Notes under the pieces: model-generated
Databases searched by the model: none
What the model was told of the DNA's origin: nothing
What the model saw: the letters and a program-made list of their open reading frames with translations, nothing else
Part shown: piece after piece, positions 1 to 8,408 of the stretch
Position numbering within the stretch: the stretch's first letter is position 1
Layout of the letters: the number at the start of each line of letters is the position of its first letter
Translations under genes and position numbers: made by a program
DNA from: Candidatus Eiseniibacteriota bacterium
GTDB lineage: Bacteria > Acidobacteriota > Terriglobia > Acidiferrales > UBA7541
NCBI GenBank assembly: GCA_035518915.1
Contig: DATIXE010000051.1
Location: 5,314 to 29,313 of the forward strand
DNA: 24,000 nucleotides
Reading direction: 5' to 3'

Positions 1-269
<269 letters not shown>

Positions 270-276
270 CGAAGCC

Positions 277-705
277 ATGCTGCCCGATGCCATCCAGCTC
301 GTTCTCGTCACCCCAGAGCGCCAGTTGCTCCGCGAAACGGTCGTGGAAGTGGAAATCCCCGGGCGGGAAGGGCAATTGGGCATTCTGCCGGGCCACGCGC
401 CACTGATGACCGAGCTGGGGATTGGCGAGCTTTCCTACAAAACCAGCGCGTCGAGCGCGCCCGTGATCCTGGCGGTGATTCAGGGTTTCGCGGAGGTATT
501 GCCGGATCGCGTGACCGTGCTTGCGGAAACCGCCGAGCGTGCCGAGGAGATCAATCTGGCGCGCGCCGAGGCGGCCAAGGCCAGGGCCGAGCAGCGGCTC
601 GCGTCGAACGACAGCAATGTCGATTGGGACCGCGCCGTGATTGCGCTGGAACGAGCCCTGATTCGCATCCAGATCGCCCAGCGGTATCAGGGCGTGCCCC
701 GATAA
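277..705 (+). CDS. atpC: F0F1 ATP synthase subunit epsilon
   Basis: 142-aa ORF starting at ATG 277. LVLVTPERQLL..VEIPGREGQLGILPGHAPLMTEL..FAEVLPDRVTVLAETAERAEEI matches the epsilon beta-sandwich plus C-terminal helical hairpin. It lies directly after atpD. Confidence 0.93.
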   Translation: MLPDAIQLVLVTPERQLLRETVVEVEIPGREGQLGILPGHAPLMTELGIGELSYKTSASSAPVILAVIQGFAEVLPDRVTVLAETAERAEEINLARAEAAKARAEQRLASNDSNVDWDRAVIALERALIRIQIAQRYQGVPR

Positions 706-779
706 GACATGAAAGAGCTGAAAATCTCGCGGGAAAGGCGACGTGCGCTTTCGGCCATGTCCAACGCCTCGATGAATCC

Positions 780-1034
780 ATGGAAATGGTAACGGTGTAC
801 AGCGCCGGGTGGTGCCCGGACTGCTGGCGCACAAAGAAATTTCTCAACGAGCGCGGCGTCGAATTCCACGAAATCAATATTGAAGAAGACGTCGAGGCCG
901 CTGCGCTAGTGATGCGGGTGAACCATGGACGACGGCGAATTCCCACGCTGAAGATTGGCGAACGCTACATTGCCTGCAGCCCATTCAACGCGCAAAAGCT
1001 TGCCGATGAACTGCGAATACCGCTCAATTTCTAA
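780..1034 (+). CDS. Glutaredoxin/NrdH/mycoredoxin-like thioredoxin-fold protein (CPDC active site)
   Basis: I chose ATG 780 (or ATG 786) inside the longer 624 ORF because the upstream part overlaps atpC and is Arg/Pro-rich. The 84-aa product VTVYSAGWCPDCWRTKKFLNERGVEFHEINIEED..RRRIPTLKIG has the CxxC motif and the cis-Pro (IPT) layout of glutaredoxin-like proteins. Confidence 0.8.
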   Translation: MEMVTVYSAGWCPDCWRTKKFLNERGVEFHEINIEEDVEAAALVMRVNHGRRRIPTLKIGERYIACSPFNAQKLADELRIPLNF

Positions 1035-1048
1035 CATCGCGTGCGAAG

Positions 1049-2212
1049 CTAGAGGGGAACGCCGCGGGTCCACACGCGGGTAACTTGGAGCGAATCGTCG
1101 AGGAGCAGCAGATCGGCATCGGCCCCGGCGCGCAGCACACCTTTTTTGAATTCGAGGCCGAGTAGCGTGGCGGGGTTCAGCGTGAGCATGCGCAGGGCGT
1201 CTTGCAGCGGAGTGCCCAGATTCACGATGTTGCGGAGGGCGCGGTCGAGCGTGAGGGTACTGCCAGCGAGTTTTCCCTCGGCATTGCGGGAAACCCCGCC
1301 GCTGACAGTGACTTCGAACGTCCCCAGCATATATTTTCCATCCGGCATGCCTGTTGCGGCCGTCCCGTCGCTGACGAGGATCACCCCGGTTGCTCCCTTG
1401 GCCTGAAGAAGGAGACGCATGGCGGTCTCATCTACGTGAACTCCATCGGCGATCAGTTCGGCGGTGACCTCTGGCGTGGTAAGGACCGCGCCGATGACAC
1501 CCGAATCACGGTGAGAGAAGGGGCGCATCGCATTGTAAACGTGTACGGCGTGGCGCGCTCCGCGAGCGAAGGCAGCGCGCGCCTGCTCATAGGTGGCGTC
1601 AGTGTGACCGATGGCAACTATGAGACCGGCATTCCGCGCGGCGTCTATGCAGGGCATTGCGCCGAGGAGCTCCGGTGCAATGGTGAGGATCTGCGCGCGG
1701 CCTCTTGCGGCAGCGATAAATTGCTCGAGAAGTTCGGCCGAAGGCAACTGCAGAAATTCCGGGGGGTGCACACCGCGGCGGACGGGGCTGATGAACGGGC
1801 CTTCGAAATGAACGCCGAGAGCTTCGGCCCGAAAATCCGCAACACTGTGCTGCAACGCGATGTAACGAGCCACGCCCTCGGCGCCGCGGCAAATGGCTTC
1901 GGGGCTGGCGGTGACGGTGGTGGCGACGAACGAAGTGGTGCCGTGGGCGGCGATAGTTGCGGCAATGGTCTTGAGCGCGGCTTCGGTGCCTTCCATGACG
2001 TCGTGGCCGGCGGCGCCGTGGATATGGACGTCCAGAAAGCCTGGGGCGGCGATTTTATCGAGGGCGACGATTTCCTCAGCATCGGCGGGCAACTCCACGG
2101 CACTTCGCGGTGTGATCGATTCGATTACGCCGTCGCGAATCAGAATTGCGGCATCCGGCATTTCCGAGGTGGGAGTGAAGGCGCGGCCTGCGTAAACGAG
2201 AGTGGTAGTCAT
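1049..2212 (-). CDS. nagA: N-acetylglucosamine-6-phosphate deacetylase
   Basis: 387-aa ORF. It has the metal-binding HxH (DVHIHGAAGHDVMEG), GHTDATYEQ, HVYNAMRPFSHR and an amidohydrolase-type C-terminus (GADADLLLLD) typical of NagA. Confidence 0.9.
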   Translation of the reverse strand: MTTTLVYAGRAFTPTSEMPDAAILIRDGVIESITPRSAVELPADAEEIVALDKIAAPGFLDVHIHGAAGHDVMEGTEAALKTIAATIAAHGTTSFVATTVTASPEAICRGAEGVARYIALQHSVADFRAEALGVHFEGPFISPVRRGVHPPEFLQLPSAELLEQFIAAARGRAQILTIAPELLGAMPCIDAARNAGLIVAIGHTDATYEQARAAFARGARHAVHVYNAMRPFSHRDSGVIGAVLTTPEVTAELIADGVHVDETAMRLLLQAKGATGVILVSDGTAATGMPDGKYMLGTFEVTVSGGVSRNAEGKLAGSTLTLDRALRNIVNLGTPLQDALRMLTLNPATLLGLEFKKGVLRAGADADLLLLDDSLQVTRVWTRGVPL

Positions 2213-2247
2213 GGCGAACGATTATCGTAACGGAAATCCGCGCGGCC

Positions 2248-2286
2248 ACAAAAGCAAAACGGGCAGGAAACGCGTTCCCACCCGTT
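2248..2286 (-). terminator. Candidate intrinsic terminator after the 109-aa secreted-protein gene
   Basis: The minus-strand RNA reads AACGGGUGGGAA-CGCG-UUUCCUGCCCGUU followed by UUGCUUUUG. That gives about 11 bp of stem (6 + 5 bp around a 1x2 internal loop), a 4-nt loop and a U-rich tail. It starts 26 nt after the stop codon at 2312. Confidence 0.55.
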
Positions 2287-2311
2287 CGGTCCATTGGGTT
2301 TGGCTTCGGAA

Positions 2312-2641
2312 CTACTTCGCCATCTCGACGCTGGTGAGCTTCAGCGTGTCGCCGTCGACGGTACCTTTGACGACGACATGGTGCCCGGCGTGCGCCGCGA
2401 CCATGTCTTGAGCATCGATAGCATAGACTTTCTTGTCGGCGTCGTTCACGAACACGTACTTGGCGCCATGTTCCTTAACGCATTTGCTGGTGCACTCGGC
2501 GCCGCCCTCATGGGCGTTTTTCGCGCCGCACATGCTGTCGGAAATCCACCCGGTCCAGCTGCCGTCGGCTGCAGCCACGACCGAGGCCGCCAAAAGGGCG
2601 AGGGCAGGCAGGAAGAAGAATCGCGATTTCATGGTGAGCAC
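2312..2641 (-). CDS. Small secreted Cys/His protein of unknown function (signal peptide; C-x11-C-x3-C)
   Basis: 109-aa ORF with AGGAG 9 nt upstream of the ATG. The N-terminus MKSRFFFLPALALLAASVVAAA looks like a signal peptide. The mature part is WTGWISDSMCGAKNAHEGGAECTSKCVKEHGAKYVFV..GHHVVVKGTVDGDTLKL. By eye it shares a domain with the C-terminus of the 250-aa island protein at 14526-15278. Confidence 0.75.
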   Translation of the reverse strand: MLTMKSRFFFLPALALLAASVVAAADGSWTGWISDSMCGAKNAHEGGAECTSKCVKEHGAKYVFVNDADKKVYAIDAQDMVAAHAGHHVVVKGTVDGDTLKLTSVEMAK

Positions 2642-2828
2642 TCCTGAGAAGATTCGTCTGGAGGAAACCAGACCTGGTTAGGCTCCCACAATCTAAGTGG
2701 TGTGTCCAGTCAAAGAACGCGACGCAATGAAAGCGGCGAAGCGTAGGGTATACAATGAGACAAAAGCGGGAAAAGGACGTGGAGACGAGACGCGTGATGA
2801 GAAAAATTAACTTTTCCGGTGGACTTGC

Positions 2829-4610
2829 GTGCGCCAGCTTTTGAGTCAATGCGGGCTGGTATTTCTGGGAATGTTGACGGTCGCTTCGAACGGATCGGCA
2901 CAAGGAATCGCTCAGGGGCCTCCTCCACCGGCTTCGGCGAAGACGATCAAGTGCAAGAATCGAGTTGTACCACAATTCGAGGACATCACGGAGAAGGCCG
3001 GAATTCGTTTTTCGCACACGTCCTCGCCGGAAAGCCGCTACATCGTCGAATCGATGAGCGGCGGCGTCTTGCTGCTGGATTACGACCGCGACGGCTGGCT
3101 GGACATTTACTTTACGAACTCCCCGACGGTGGACATGGCACTGAAAGGGCAAACGGCACGCGGGGCGCTTTATCACAACAATCACGACGGAACGTTTACA
3201 GATGTGACTGATCAGGCGGGAATCGGGAAACCCTGTTTTGCGATGGGAGGCGCCGTCGGCGACTACGACAATGACGGCTGGCCGGATATCTATGTGACCT
3301 GCTATGGGCACAACGTGCTCTATCACAACAATGGCGACGGCACGTTCACGGACGCAACAGCGAAAGCGGGCGTGGGGGACTCGCGTTTTTCGACGGGTGC
3401 CGCGTTCGGTGATTATGACGGCGATGGCTACCTGGATCTGATGGTGACCAACTACGTGGATCTGGACATCCACAATCTGCCGGCATTTGGCAGCACGGTC
3501 ACGTGCAAATATATGGGAATCGAAGTGCAGTGCGGTCCGCGCGGCTTGAAAGGCGCCGGAGACACTTTGTATCACAACAATGGCGACGGTACCTTCACGG
3601 ACGTTTCCAAGAAAGCCGGAGTCGACGATCCCAACGGCTACTACGGACTGACGACGGTGTGGGCGGACTTCAACAATACGGGGCGGCCGGACATCTATGT
3701 TGCCAATGATTCGACGGCGGGATTTCTGTATCAGAACGAGGGCAACGGAAAGTTCACCGACATTGGACTAGAATCCGGAACGGCGCTGGGGGAAGACGGA
3801 CACGAGCAAGCGGGAATGGGAGTGGCGCTCGGCGACTACCTGCATACGGGGCGGCCGTCGATCGTGGTGACAAACTTCGCGCTCGACAATTCGCCGCTTT
3901 ACCGCAACGACGGAAAGTGGGACTTCCAGGATGTTTCGTATCCTTCGGGAATCGGCTTGCCTTCGGTGCCGTACGTGAAATGGGGCGTGGCCTTCGTGGA
4001 TCTGGACAACGATGGCTGGCTCGATCTGGTTACGGTCAACGGACACGTCTACCCGCAAGTGGATCAATTACAATCCGGCGCACGCTATCGCGAGCCGAAG
4101 CTGGTGCAATACAACCGGGGCGACGGGACATTTTGCGACGCCAGCGATCAGTCCGGCGCGGCCATCCTGGAACCGCGGGTTTCGCGAGGGCTCGCAGTCG
4201 GCGACTTATTCAACGACGGCAATATGGATCTGGTAGTGGAAGACCTTCAGGGTGTTCCCATGGTGCTGCGCAACCGGGGACTTCCGGGGCAGCACTGGGT
4301 GAGCTTCGAGCTGGCGGGAACGAAGAGCAACCGGCTGGCGATCGGGGCGCGTGTGAAGATTGTGGCGGGTGGGATGACGCAGACGGATGAAATTCACAGC
4401 GGGGGCAGCTATCTTTCGCAGAACGATCTGCGTGTGCATTTCGGATTAGGCGGCGCAAAGAAGATCGACAGCGTTGAGATTCACTGGCCTTCGGGCGCCG
4501 TGGACACGCTGAAGAATCTGGAAGCGGATCAGTTTTACAGCGTGCTGGAAGGGAAGGGCGTTGTGCCGGCGGAGAAGATCCGCCCGGCAGCCCCGGCGAA
4601 GAATCCATAA
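2829..4610 (+). CDS. CRTAC1-family FG-GAP/VCBS repeat protein with C-terminal ASPIC/UnbV domain, secreted
   Basis: 593-aa ORF with a GTG start and a signal-like N-terminus. It carries at least six repeats of the type LYHNNGDGTFTDVT..AG..GD(Y/F)DNDG(W/Y)(P/L)D. The C-terminus GARVKIVAGGMTQTDEIHSGGSYLSQNDLRVHFGLGGAKKIDSVEIHWPSG is typical of the ASPIC/UnbV domain. Confidence 0.9.
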   Translation: MRQLLSQCGLVFLGMLTVASNGSAQGIAQGPPPPASAKTIKCKNRVVPQFEDITEKAGIRFSHTSSPESRYIVESMSGGVLLLDYDRDGWLDIYFTNSPTVDMALKGQTARGALYHNNHDGTFTDVTDQAGIGKPCFAMGGAVGDYDNDGWPDIYVTCYGHNVLYHNNGDGTFTDATAKAGVGDSRFSTGAAFGDYDGDGYLDLMVTNYVDLDIHNLPAFGSTVTCKYMGIEVQCGPRGLKGAGDTLYHNNGDGTFTDVSKKAGVDDPNGYYGLTTVWADFNNTGRPDIYVANDSTAGFLYQNEGNGKFTDIGLESGTALGEDGHEQAGMGVALGDYLHTGRPSIVVTNFALDNSPLYRNDGKWDFQDVSYPSGIGLPSVPYVKWGVAFVDLDNDGWLDLVTVNGHVYPQVDQLQSGARYREPKLVQYNRGDGTFCDASDQSGAAILEPRVSRGLAVGDLFNDGNMDLVVEDLQGVPMVLRNRGLPGQHWVSFELAGTKSNRLAIGARVKIVAGGMTQTDEIHSGGSYLSQNDLRVHFGLGGAKKIDSVEIHWPSGAVDTLKNLEADQFYSVLEGKGVVPAEKIRPAAPAKNP

Positions 4611-4738
4611 GCGGCAATCTTCAGTTTGTGTGCGAACTTTGCGGCGAGATTCTTCGCGCTTTTGCTTTGGGGCTGCCGGAAGAAGATGCAACAAGTTTTT
4701 CAGAACCACTGGACGAGGCGAGGTCCGAACCCAAGAGG

Positions 4739-6514
4739 TCAGGGCACGATGGGAAGCACCAGAGCGGAGGGATGCTCGCTATCGTGATAAATCGTATTGG
4801 TCGCGACCTTCATTTTCGAACCAGTGGCCGAGTCTTCGCCGCTATTCAGGTTGCGAGCGAAGCGCGGGAAGTTGCTGCTGGAGACTTCCAGACGCAGCCG
4901 GTGTCCGGGAAGAAAAACGTTGCTGGTGGCCCAGAGATCGAGCGCCAGGTGATAGATTTCGCCGGGGTTGGCGAAGTCCGGCTTTTCCCTTGAGTCGCGG
5001 TAGCGCAAGCGGAGAATACCTTCGGTCAAGTTCTGGGCGAAACCATCGGGCCAGACGTCTACGAGTTTGCCCGTGAAATCGGTGTCTTTCGCGGAAGTCG
5101 CCGCAAAAAGGTCAAGCGTGATTGGGCCGGTGACCTCGGTCTCCTTCGTGAATGCGGGGGTCGTGTAGACCAGGACATCCGTGCGCTCTTCCGCAGGCCG
5201 CTGATCACGCGGACCGGGAGCGAGGTGCTTGCTGTCGCAACAAAGTGGTCCTCCGATGGTTGGAACGGGATTGGCTGGATCATATCGGAAGGAGTCTTTG
5301 GGTTCCGACGCAGGGAGATCGGTACTTAGGAGGCCATCGCCAGTTGATCCGTTGGCCCTTCCGGAAGAGTGCAGGAAGTATTTTGTAGACCGAGCGCGAG
5401 CCAGGGGCCAATCGTCTTCGTCACGCCACTGATTTTTTCCCATGACGAATAGACGCACGCGCTTGGGACCTGCGAAAGTGTTCTGAACACCCTTGAAGAG
5501 ATAGTCGTACCAGTTGATGACGATGTCGTCGAGGTCGTGCGGCGCATCGGGGCCGAAGTCCACGTCGCCGATTTTGCGTGCGGTAGACCACCCGGAATGG
5601 CCCCCGATCTCGACCAACAAGCGCTGTCCGTTGCGAGCCGCATCGCTGCCCGCCCTTGTTTTGAGCAGTGTGTAATTTCGGAGAGTCCCGCCGAGAAAAA
5701 TGTCGTACCAAGCGCCGATATTCAGAACCGGAACCTGGATGTGGGAATAGGATTCTTCGATGGAAAGCGCTTTCCAATAGTCGTCGTAATTCGGGTGCGC
5801 CAGCCAATCCTGATAATAGGGCGCTAGGCCACGGAGATCGGGAACCTCAAGAACGGGATAGTCCTTGAGCGGCAAGGTGTTTTTCCAGACGAGCGGATTG
5901 GAATCCTCCACAACGGTTCGCGTCAACGTATTCTGCGCCAGTTGGCTGGTCCATGATTGGTCGAACCATTGTTCGAACGCGCCGCCCTGGTAGGTCCAGT
6001 TTTCATGGTAGTTGGAGGCGGTGACGTGGGGGGCGATTCCGGCGAGGTGCGGAGGGCTGGCGATGGCGGCAAGAAATTGCGTGGCTCCAACGTAGGAACC
6101 GCCAAACATGCCTACTTTACCGTTCGATTGTGGCAATGCAGCAGCCCATTCGACGGTGTCGTAGCCGTCCTGCGCTTCGTGGCGGAAGGGATACCATTCG
6201 CCTTCCGAGGTGTAACGGCCGCGGACGTCCTGCACGACGACGAGGTATCCTCGTGCGGCGGCCCGCATGCCGAAGGCTCGTGCACCACTCTTGTTGTAAG
6301 GGGTGCGCTGGAGGAGGACGGGATATTTTCCGTCGGTTCTGGGGCGATAGATATCGGCCTTGAGCACAACGGCGTCGCGCATCTTTGCCGGGACATCCTG
6401 CTCGACAATGACCGAATCGGATTGCGCATGAGAAATCGCAGGCGCCAGAAAAATCGAAGTCAGGACAGCAACGGCAACTACATGCGGGAACAATCGGTTA
6501 CCGAACCATTGCAA
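4739..6514 (-). CDS. CocE/NonD-family hydrolase (S15 X-Pro dipeptidyl-peptidase-like), secreted
   Basis: 591-aa ORF with a TTG start and a GGGGG Shine-Dalgarno-like run upstream. It has a signal peptide (..FLAPAISHAQS), YRPRTDGKYPVLLQRTPYNK, the nucleophile elbow GMFGGSYVGATQ and a C-terminal galactose-binding-like domain (LRLRYRDS..GHRLRLEVSSSNFPRF). Confidence 0.9.
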   Translation of the reverse strand: MQWFGNRLFPHVVAVAVLTSIFLAPAISHAQSDSVIVEQDVPAKMRDAVVLKADIYRPRTDGKYPVLLQRTPYNKSGARAFGMRAAARGYLVVVQDVRGRYTSEGEWYPFRHEAQDGYDTVEWAAALPQSNGKVGMFGGSYVGATQFLAAIASPPHLAGIAPHVTASNYHENWTYQGGAFEQWFDQSWTSQLAQNTLTRTVVEDSNPLVWKNTLPLKDYPVLEVPDLRGLAPYYQDWLAHPNYDDYWKALSIEESYSHIQVPVLNIGAWYDIFLGGTLRNYTLLKTRAGSDAARNGQRLLVEIGGHSGWSTARKIGDVDFGPDAPHDLDDIVINWYDYLFKGVQNTFAGPKRVRLFVMGKNQWRDEDDWPLARARSTKYFLHSSGRANGSTGDGLLSTDLPASEPKDSFRYDPANPVPTIGGPLCCDSKHLAPGPRDQRPAEERTDVLVYTTPAFTKETEVTGPITLDLFAATSAKDTDFTGKLVDVWPDGFAQNLTEGILRLRYRDSREKPDFANPGEIYHLALDLWATSNVFLPGHRLRLEVSSSNFPRFARNLNSGEDSATGSKMKVATNTIYHDSEHPSALVLPIVP

Positions 6515-6774
6515 CGGCGCACCCCCAAAGGCGCATCGTATGTTGGGCGCCCCAGATCGTCAACCAAGTATCGGCGCCCTCTGGCGCGAGCTCAGGTCAG
6601 GATATCTTTCGCGGGCTGGAGCCTCAGGATGGCGCAGGGGAAAAATCCAAGACTCAGCTCAGCGCGAATCGCCTGATGGAAGATCGGAGCGGATGGATTG
6701 TAGTGAGCGGAACTTGCCATCCATGGCCACAGGCCACAGACTGCTTGAAGTAACACCTGGCAAGGAGCATTTTG

Positions 6775-7227
6775 ATGAATGACACGCTGGAGGCTGCCGA
6801 ACCGGTGCGGGAGAACGAGGCGACCCAAACGAATTCACAATTCCGATGGATAGGGTGGTCGAGCCTGTTTATCGCGATGGTGCAGAGCGTATGCACGATG
6901 TTTGTCGCACTGAGCGGGATGAGATTGTTGCTCGGCGCGGCGGCGTTTGCATCGGCGCTCGGCGCGATGCAGATCCTCGACAAGATCCATACCGATGCGA
7001 TTCGCTTGCCCATGGTATTGTTCGCGCTTGCCGGGGCGATGTTCAATCTGGCGGCATTGTGGCAGGTGCGGCGATTGCGGAGACGCGCGGCGTCAGCGTG
7101 GAGACAAAAGTCCGTGTCCAGCAGCAAGTTTGCTTCGGAAAAAGTGCAACTCGCCTTGTCCCTGCTGACTCTGGGGCTGCTGCTGGTGGAATCGTATTTT
7201 CACTTCCAGAAGACGCATCATTTCTGA
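6775..7227 (+). CDS. Hypothetical integral membrane protein (about 4 TM segments)
   Basis: AAGGAG at 6762-6767 lies 7 nt before ATG 6775. Hydrophobic segments are WSSLFIAMVQSVCTMFVAL, LLLGAAAFASALGAM, LPMVLFALAGAMFNLAALW and LALSLLTLGLLLV. I recognise no family. Confidence 0.7.
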   Translation: MNDTLEAAEPVRENEATQTNSQFRWIGWSSLFIAMVQSVCTMFVALSGMRLLLGAAAFASALGAMQILDKIHTDAIRLPMVLFALAGAMFNLAALWQVRRLRRRAASAWRQKSVSSSKFASEKVQLALSLLTLGLLLVESYFHFQKTHHF

Positions 7228-7252
7228 AGACGACGGTACAGATCGTAGAGTG

Positions 7253-7516
7253 TTAGACCGGTTTTTCGGGGGAAGTGGTTCCTTCCCGCAGGATTCTTTC
7301 CAGTCGCTTGTGCAGGCGCTCGCTGTAGCCCACCGGCAACTCGTAGGTGCGATCATCCGCAGTCAAAACCAGAATATTTCGCGTGGAATCCAAAATGGCG
7401 GAGCACACTTCGCAGTTTTCCAGGTGGTTCTCGATATCCGTGAGCAGGGCGGCATCCAGCTGATGGTCAAGGTACTCGGAGATGTGCTCCCAGACGTGTT
7501 TGCACTCCAGCTTCAT
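7253..7516 (-). CDS. Soluble zinc-binding (ZAS, zf-HC2) anti-sigma factor
   Basis: 87-aa ORF whose ATG overlaps the stop codon of the upstream sigma gene (ATGA). It has an H-x3-C-x2-C motif (HLENCEVC) and a Cys 26 residues upstream of that His. There is no hydrophobic segment. Confidence 0.85.
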   Translation of the reverse strand: MKLECKHVWEHISEYLDHQLDAALLTDIENHLENCEVCSAILDSTRNILVLTADDRTYELPVGYSERLHKRLERILREGTTSPEKPV

Positions 7517-8142
7517 CCGAAGAACCTCCCGAAAAAGCCCTTTCTGGCCGGCACGGCGGTTTTCAAATAAGGAGCCAGAAGCTTCTGCAGCATCATGCGA
7601 GCCCGGTGCAGCCGTACTTTGACCAGATTAATACTTATGCCCAGTGCGGCGGCAGTTTCCACCTGGTTGAGTTCCTCAAGGTCACGCAGGACCAAAACCT
7701 CTCGATAAAGGGGCGGCAGATGGTCCACCGCTTCCCGTAATTTCAATCGCAACTCCTTCTTCTCGAGGGCTGCGGAAGGAATTTCGCGCCAGTCGGTGAG
7801 AACCGCAGGCGTGAAATCCCCTTCCTTCTCCGCGATCATTTCTTCGAGCGAATCCTGAGGGACGAGTTTCGCCCTGCGGAGCCGCTGCCGGGCTTCGTTC
7901 ATGGCGATGGTCACGAGCCAGGTGCTGAATTTCGCATCGCCCCGGAAACCCTTCAAGTGGCGAAAGGCGCTAATCATCACGTCCTGGGCCGCATCCTCCG
8001 CTTCGGCCTCATTCCTCAGCATGGTGAAAACGGTCACGTAGACCAGCTTTTCATAAGGCCGTACGAGTTCATGGAAAAGGTTGGTTTCGCCCGCGAGGAT
8101 GCGGGCGATGAGTTCCTTCTCCTGCTCGGTAGCTGCCGGCAT
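7513..8142 (-). CDS. ECF-family RNA polymerase sigma-70 factor
   Basis: 209-aa ORF. Region 2 is LFHELVRPYEKLVYVTVFTMLRNEAEAEDAAQDVMISAFRHLKGFRGDAKFSTWLVTIAMNEA. Region 4 is LPPLYREVLVLRDLEELNQVETAAALGISINLVKVRLHRARMML. It is translationally coupled to the anti-sigma gene. Confidence 0.93.
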   Translation of the reverse strand: MPAATEQEKELIARILAGETNLFHELVRPYEKLVYVTVFTMLRNEAEAEDAAQDVMISAFRHLKGFRGDAKFSTWLVTIAMNEARQRLRRAKLVPQDSLEEMIAEKEGDFTPAVLTDWREIPSAALEKKELRLKLREAVDHLPPLYREVLVLRDLEELNQVETAAALGISINLVKVRLHRARMMLQKLLAPYLKTAVPARKGFFGRFFG

Positions 8143-8172
8143 GAGGCCCGAACGTCTCCCTTCGGCTCCTTT

Positions 8173-8202
8173 GTACGAGTCGGGTGACCGAGAAAGGTTA
8201 CA
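8173..8202 (-). promoter_or_regulatory. Candidate ECF-type autoregulatory promoter of the sigma/anti-sigma operon (Psig)
   Basis: The minus strand reads TGTAACCTTTCTCGGTCACCCGACTCGTAC and ends 30 nt upstream of the sigma ATG (8142). It has the same 30-nt register and the same ACTCGTAC box as the plus-strand copy at 8337-8366. Confidence 0.55.
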
Positions 8203-8336
8203 GGACCAAAGCTCTGGGGTAAATGGCGGGGTTGACGAGTGTTTGGGGCCGAGTTCGCGGAGGGGAGCTTGAGACGCGCTCGCAAATGCGGCAGGGGGAC
8301 AGGCGGACGACTTGGGCGTCTAATGAACGAAAACCT

Positions 8337-8366
8337 TGAAACCTTTTCGCGGGTGGCCACTCGTAC
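8337..8366 (+). promoter_or_regulatory. Candidate ECF-type promoter P1 for the YHS-DoxX-DinB-like-ATP-grasp-NRDE unit
   Basis: TGAAACCTTTTCGCGGGTGGCCACTCGTAC ends 42 nt upstream of ATG 8409. It has an AAC-type -35 and a CGTA-type -10 like known ECF promoters. It mirrors the copy facing the sigma gene in the same intergenic region. Confidence 0.6.
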
Positions 8367-8408
8367 TGCCTGCCACTAGACTTTTTTGGGATCGGAAAGG
8401 GGAAGCGA

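Noticed and set aside
706-779. TGAAAAT-N17-GTGCGC and a GAAAG/CTTTC hairpin between atpC and the glutaredoxin-like gene, considered as a promoter or terminator.
   Set aside because: The -35-like element lacks the AAC core and the -10 does not match the island motif. The hairpin has only 5 bp with a 10-nt loop and no U-tract.
1291-1320. GAAACC-N17/18-(T)TCGAAC on the plus strand inside nagA (antisense), resembling the island promoter.
   Set aside because: It has no TTTT extension, the box is TCGAAC rather than ACTCGTAC, and it would drive antisense transcription of a housekeeping gene with no ORF to serve. It is probably coincidental. It would only be worth revisiting if dRNA-seq shows an antisense start near 1325.
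2663-2692. GGAAACC-N17-CACAAT upstream of the FG-GAP gene as another copy of the ECF motif.
   Set aside because: It lacks the TTT(T) extension and the ACTC box, lies about 137 nt from the GTG start, and its GGAAACC overlaps the loop and 3' arm of the 2656-2673 hairpin. The similarity is limited to a hexamer expected by chance.
6516-6587. A cluster of GGCGC/GGCGCC elements between the CocE gene and the membrane-protein gene. It includes GGGCGCCC at 6545-6552 and GGCGCC at 6573-6578, which could pair as a 7-bp stem.
   Set aside because: These are short GC-only palindromes expected in GC-rich intergenic DNA. Their spacing is irregular, the loop would be 21 nt, there is no U-tract, and I recognise no known operator.
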